Below are positions 62,303-64,000 of a stretch of 64,000 bases of DNA, piece by piece. Source of the stretch: Magnetococcales bacterium (lineage in GTDB: Bacteria; Pseudomonadota; Magnetococcia; Magnetococcales; JADGBX01); assembly GCA_015231265.1 (NCBI GenBank), contig JADGBX010000002.1:4174-68173 (forward strand). The letters are read 5' to 3'. A program made the translations under genes and the position numbers. The notes under the pieces were generated by a model. That model saw nothing but the letters and a program-made list of their open reading frames with translations, ran no database searches and had not been told where the DNA came from. How positions within the stretch are numbered: the first letter of the stretch is position 1; every line of letters starts with the position of its first letter.

Positions 62303-63742
62303 TCAGGAGAGAACGGAACGTCCGCCACGCAACCAACCATCCACATTAGCGGCTACTTCACGACCACCTTTGATCGCTTTGAGAACAAGCGACTGCCCGG
62401 TCTGCATATCACCTGCAGCGAAGACCCCTTCTTCACTAGTCATATGCATCGTATTGGTCTTGACGTTGCCACGGGCATCCAGATCGACACCGAGGGCTTC
62501 GATCATGCCGCTCTTAACAGGACCGAGGAATCCCATGGCCAAAAGAACAAGGTCGGCTTCGATCGTGAAGTTACTGCCCTGAATTTCCGACATTTCAGGA
62601 CGTCCAGCCTCCATCTCCTGCCAACGAACGCGCACGCAGTGCAAGCGTTTTAGCTGACTACCTTCGCCTTCAAACGACTTGGTAAGAACACTCCAGAGCC
62701 GTTCACACCCCTCCTGATGCGACGTAGAGGTGCGCAGCATGTTAGGCCACATGGGCCAGGGGGTCTCACCGGAGCGACCTTTGGGCGGCTTGGGCAGAAG
62801 CTCAATCTGCGTAATGCTCTCGGCGCCTTGACGACGGGAGGTGCCCACACAGTCGGAACCGGTATCACCACCACCAATAACCACAACCTTCTTACCGGCA
62901 GCACTGATCTCCTCGGCACCGGAGAGATCAAGACTGGAGACCCGGCGATTCTGCTGCGTCAGAAAGTCCATGGCAAAGTGGACGCCATTCAACTCCCGTC
63001 CGGGAACGGGCAGATTACGAGGATCTTCGGCACCACCGGTCAGAACGATAGCATCGTTCTCCTCACGGAGCTGGCCAATCGGCAGATCCACCCCTACATA
63101 CACGCCGGTCTTGAGCGTGAGTCCTTCTGCAACCATCTGTTCCAAACGGCGCTCAACCACCCACTTCTCCAACTTGAAGTCGGGAATACCGAAGCGGAGA
63201 AGACCACCGGCTTTTTCATTCTTCTCGTAGAGCGTGACATCGTGTCCTGCACGCACCAATTGCTGGGCTGCCGCCATACCGGCAGGTCCGGCTCCGATGA
63301 CTGCCACCTTTTTACCACTCTTTTCCCGAGCAGGCTGCGGTGTGATCAATCCGCGTTTGAATCCCTCCTCGGCGATGGTCTGCTCAATCTGACGAATCGC
63401 CACCGGCTCTCGGTTGATCCCTACCACACACGACGCTTCACACAGCGCCGGGCAGATGCGGCCCGTAAACTCGGGGAAGTTATTGGTCTGGTGCAACATA
63501 CGCACCGCCTCTTCCCAACGTCCGCGATACACCCAGTCATTCCAGACCGGAATCAGATTGCCCAACGTGCAACCGTCGTGGCAGAAGGGGACACCGCAAT
63601 CCATGCAGCGGGCCGCCTGCTGTTGCAGACGCTCGGTCGGAAAGGCGTGATAGAGCTCCTTCCAGTCGAGAACACGCTCCGAAACGGGACGCGCCTGGGG
63701 CAGCTCCCGCTCAATCTCCATAAATCCTGTCACCTTACCCAT
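62303..63742 (-). CDS. gltD: glutamate synthase (NADPH) small subunit
   Basis: 479 aa with N-terminal Fe-S Cys motifs (CMDCGVPFC...CPALCEASC), the dinucleotide folds VAVIGAGPAGMAAA and VVVIGGGDTGSDC, and a GltD-type N-terminus. Confidence 0.9.
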   Translation of the reverse strand: MGKVTGFMEIERELPQARPVSERVLDWKELYHAFPTERLQQQAARCMDCGVPFCHDGCTLGNLIPVWNDWVYRGRWEEAVRMLHQTNNFPEFTGRICPALCEASCVVGINREPVAIRQIEQTIAEEGFKRGLITPQPAREKSGKKVAVIGAGPAGMAAAQQLVRAGHDVTLYEKNEKAGGLLRFGIPDFKLEKWVVERRLEQMVAEGLTLKTGVYVGVDLPIGQLREENDAIVLTGGAEDPRNLPVPGRELNGVHFAMDFLTQQNRRVSSLDLSGAEEISAAGKKVVVIGGGDTGSDCVGTSRRQGAESITQIELLPKPPKGRSGETPWPMWPNMLRTSTSHQEGCERLWSVLTKSFEGEGSQLKRLHCVRVRWQEMEAGRPEMSEIQGSNFTIEADLVLLAMGFLGPVKSGMIEALGVDLDARGNVKTNTMHMTSEEGVFAAGDMQTGQSLVLKAIKGGREVAANVDGWLRGGRSVLS

Positions 63743-64000
63743 TGGCCACTTTCTCCTGCTGCGACTGCTGTTCGGCCAGAACGCGTTTATATTCGTGAGG
63801 CATCACTTTGACAAACCGGCTGAGATAGCTCTCCCAGTTACCGAGAATCCGTGCAGCGACTTCACTGCCGGTATAGGTGTGATGGCTTTTGATCACGTTA
63901 CGAAGCGTCGTGATATCTTCAGCTTCCGTCACAGCCTCATGGTCTACCATGGCCATGTTGCAGAGTGAACTGAAGCGCTTATGCTCATCGAGCACAAAGG
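63735..64000 (-). CDS. gltB: glutamate synthase large subunit, C-terminal end (partial; continues beyond the window)
   Basis: The ORF is open to the window edge. ...HTYTGSEVAARILGNWESYLSRFVKVMPHEYKRVL is the typical GltB C-terminus. It overlaps the gltD start by 8 nt. Confidence 0.8.
   Translation of the reverse strand, partial: FVLDEHKRFSSLCNMAMVDHEAVTEAEDITTLRNVIKSHHTYTGSEVAARILGNWESYLSRFVKVMPHEYKRVLAEQQSQQEKVANG

Noticed and set aside
62717-63811. 364-aa plus-strand ORF
   Set aside because: It is antisense to gltD, which has clear Fe-S and dinucleotide-binding motifs. The plus-frame product is low-complexity with no motifs.

Overview
This 64-kb window looks like part of a Gram-negative-type chromosome. 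TolC, AmpD, Mpl, an outer-membrane secretin and several lipoproteins are present, and so is RNase Y. I had no homology search, so every functional call rests on motifs I could read in the translations, on gene order, and on hand-checked coordinates. The window has three blocks. (1) 1-26.6 kb is mostly an accessory sugar/glycan-modification island. It holds three B12-binding radical SAM enzymes plus one plain radical SAM, two formyltransferases, two SAM methyltransferases and one clear sulfotransferase (a second is possible). It also holds a PhyH-type dioxygenase, three CgeB-like glycosyltransferase-family proteins (two of them 665-aa inverted paralogs) and a CMP-sugar cytidylyltransferase. A TetR/hydrolase module at 1.1-3.9 kb interrupts it. 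(2) 26.85-48.6 kb is a type IV filament locus with mixed MSHA and T2SS features, arranged as two divergent operons. The minus operon has three unknown envelope proteins, then a secretin, a TPR protein, an ExeA/MshM-like ATPase, an MshE-type ATPase and a GspF/MshG platform protein. The plus operon has two tandem pilin paralogs, three assembly proteins, and four mutually paralogous pilin-like proteins of 283-860 aa. These four share an RLPCP / RY-V-R / DADxD-FDG-N / YDD motif set, and three of them carry an unusual C-terminal module. This paralog series is my best candidate for something undescribed. (3) 48.7-64 kb is housekeeping: a bestrophin-like channel, tRNA-Leu(CAG), yqgE-family, mpl, ampD, nfu-like, tolC, parE, infA, a LolA-like protein, a SWIM protein, rny, 5-formyl-THF cyclo-ligase, 6S RNA, zapA, gltD and the gltB 3' end. 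A 186-bp MITE-like palindromic element occurs three times, with further solo terminal fragments. Two direct copies bracket an AT-richer cassette at 23.8-26.9 kb. I found no CRISPR array, integrase, transposase or rRNA.
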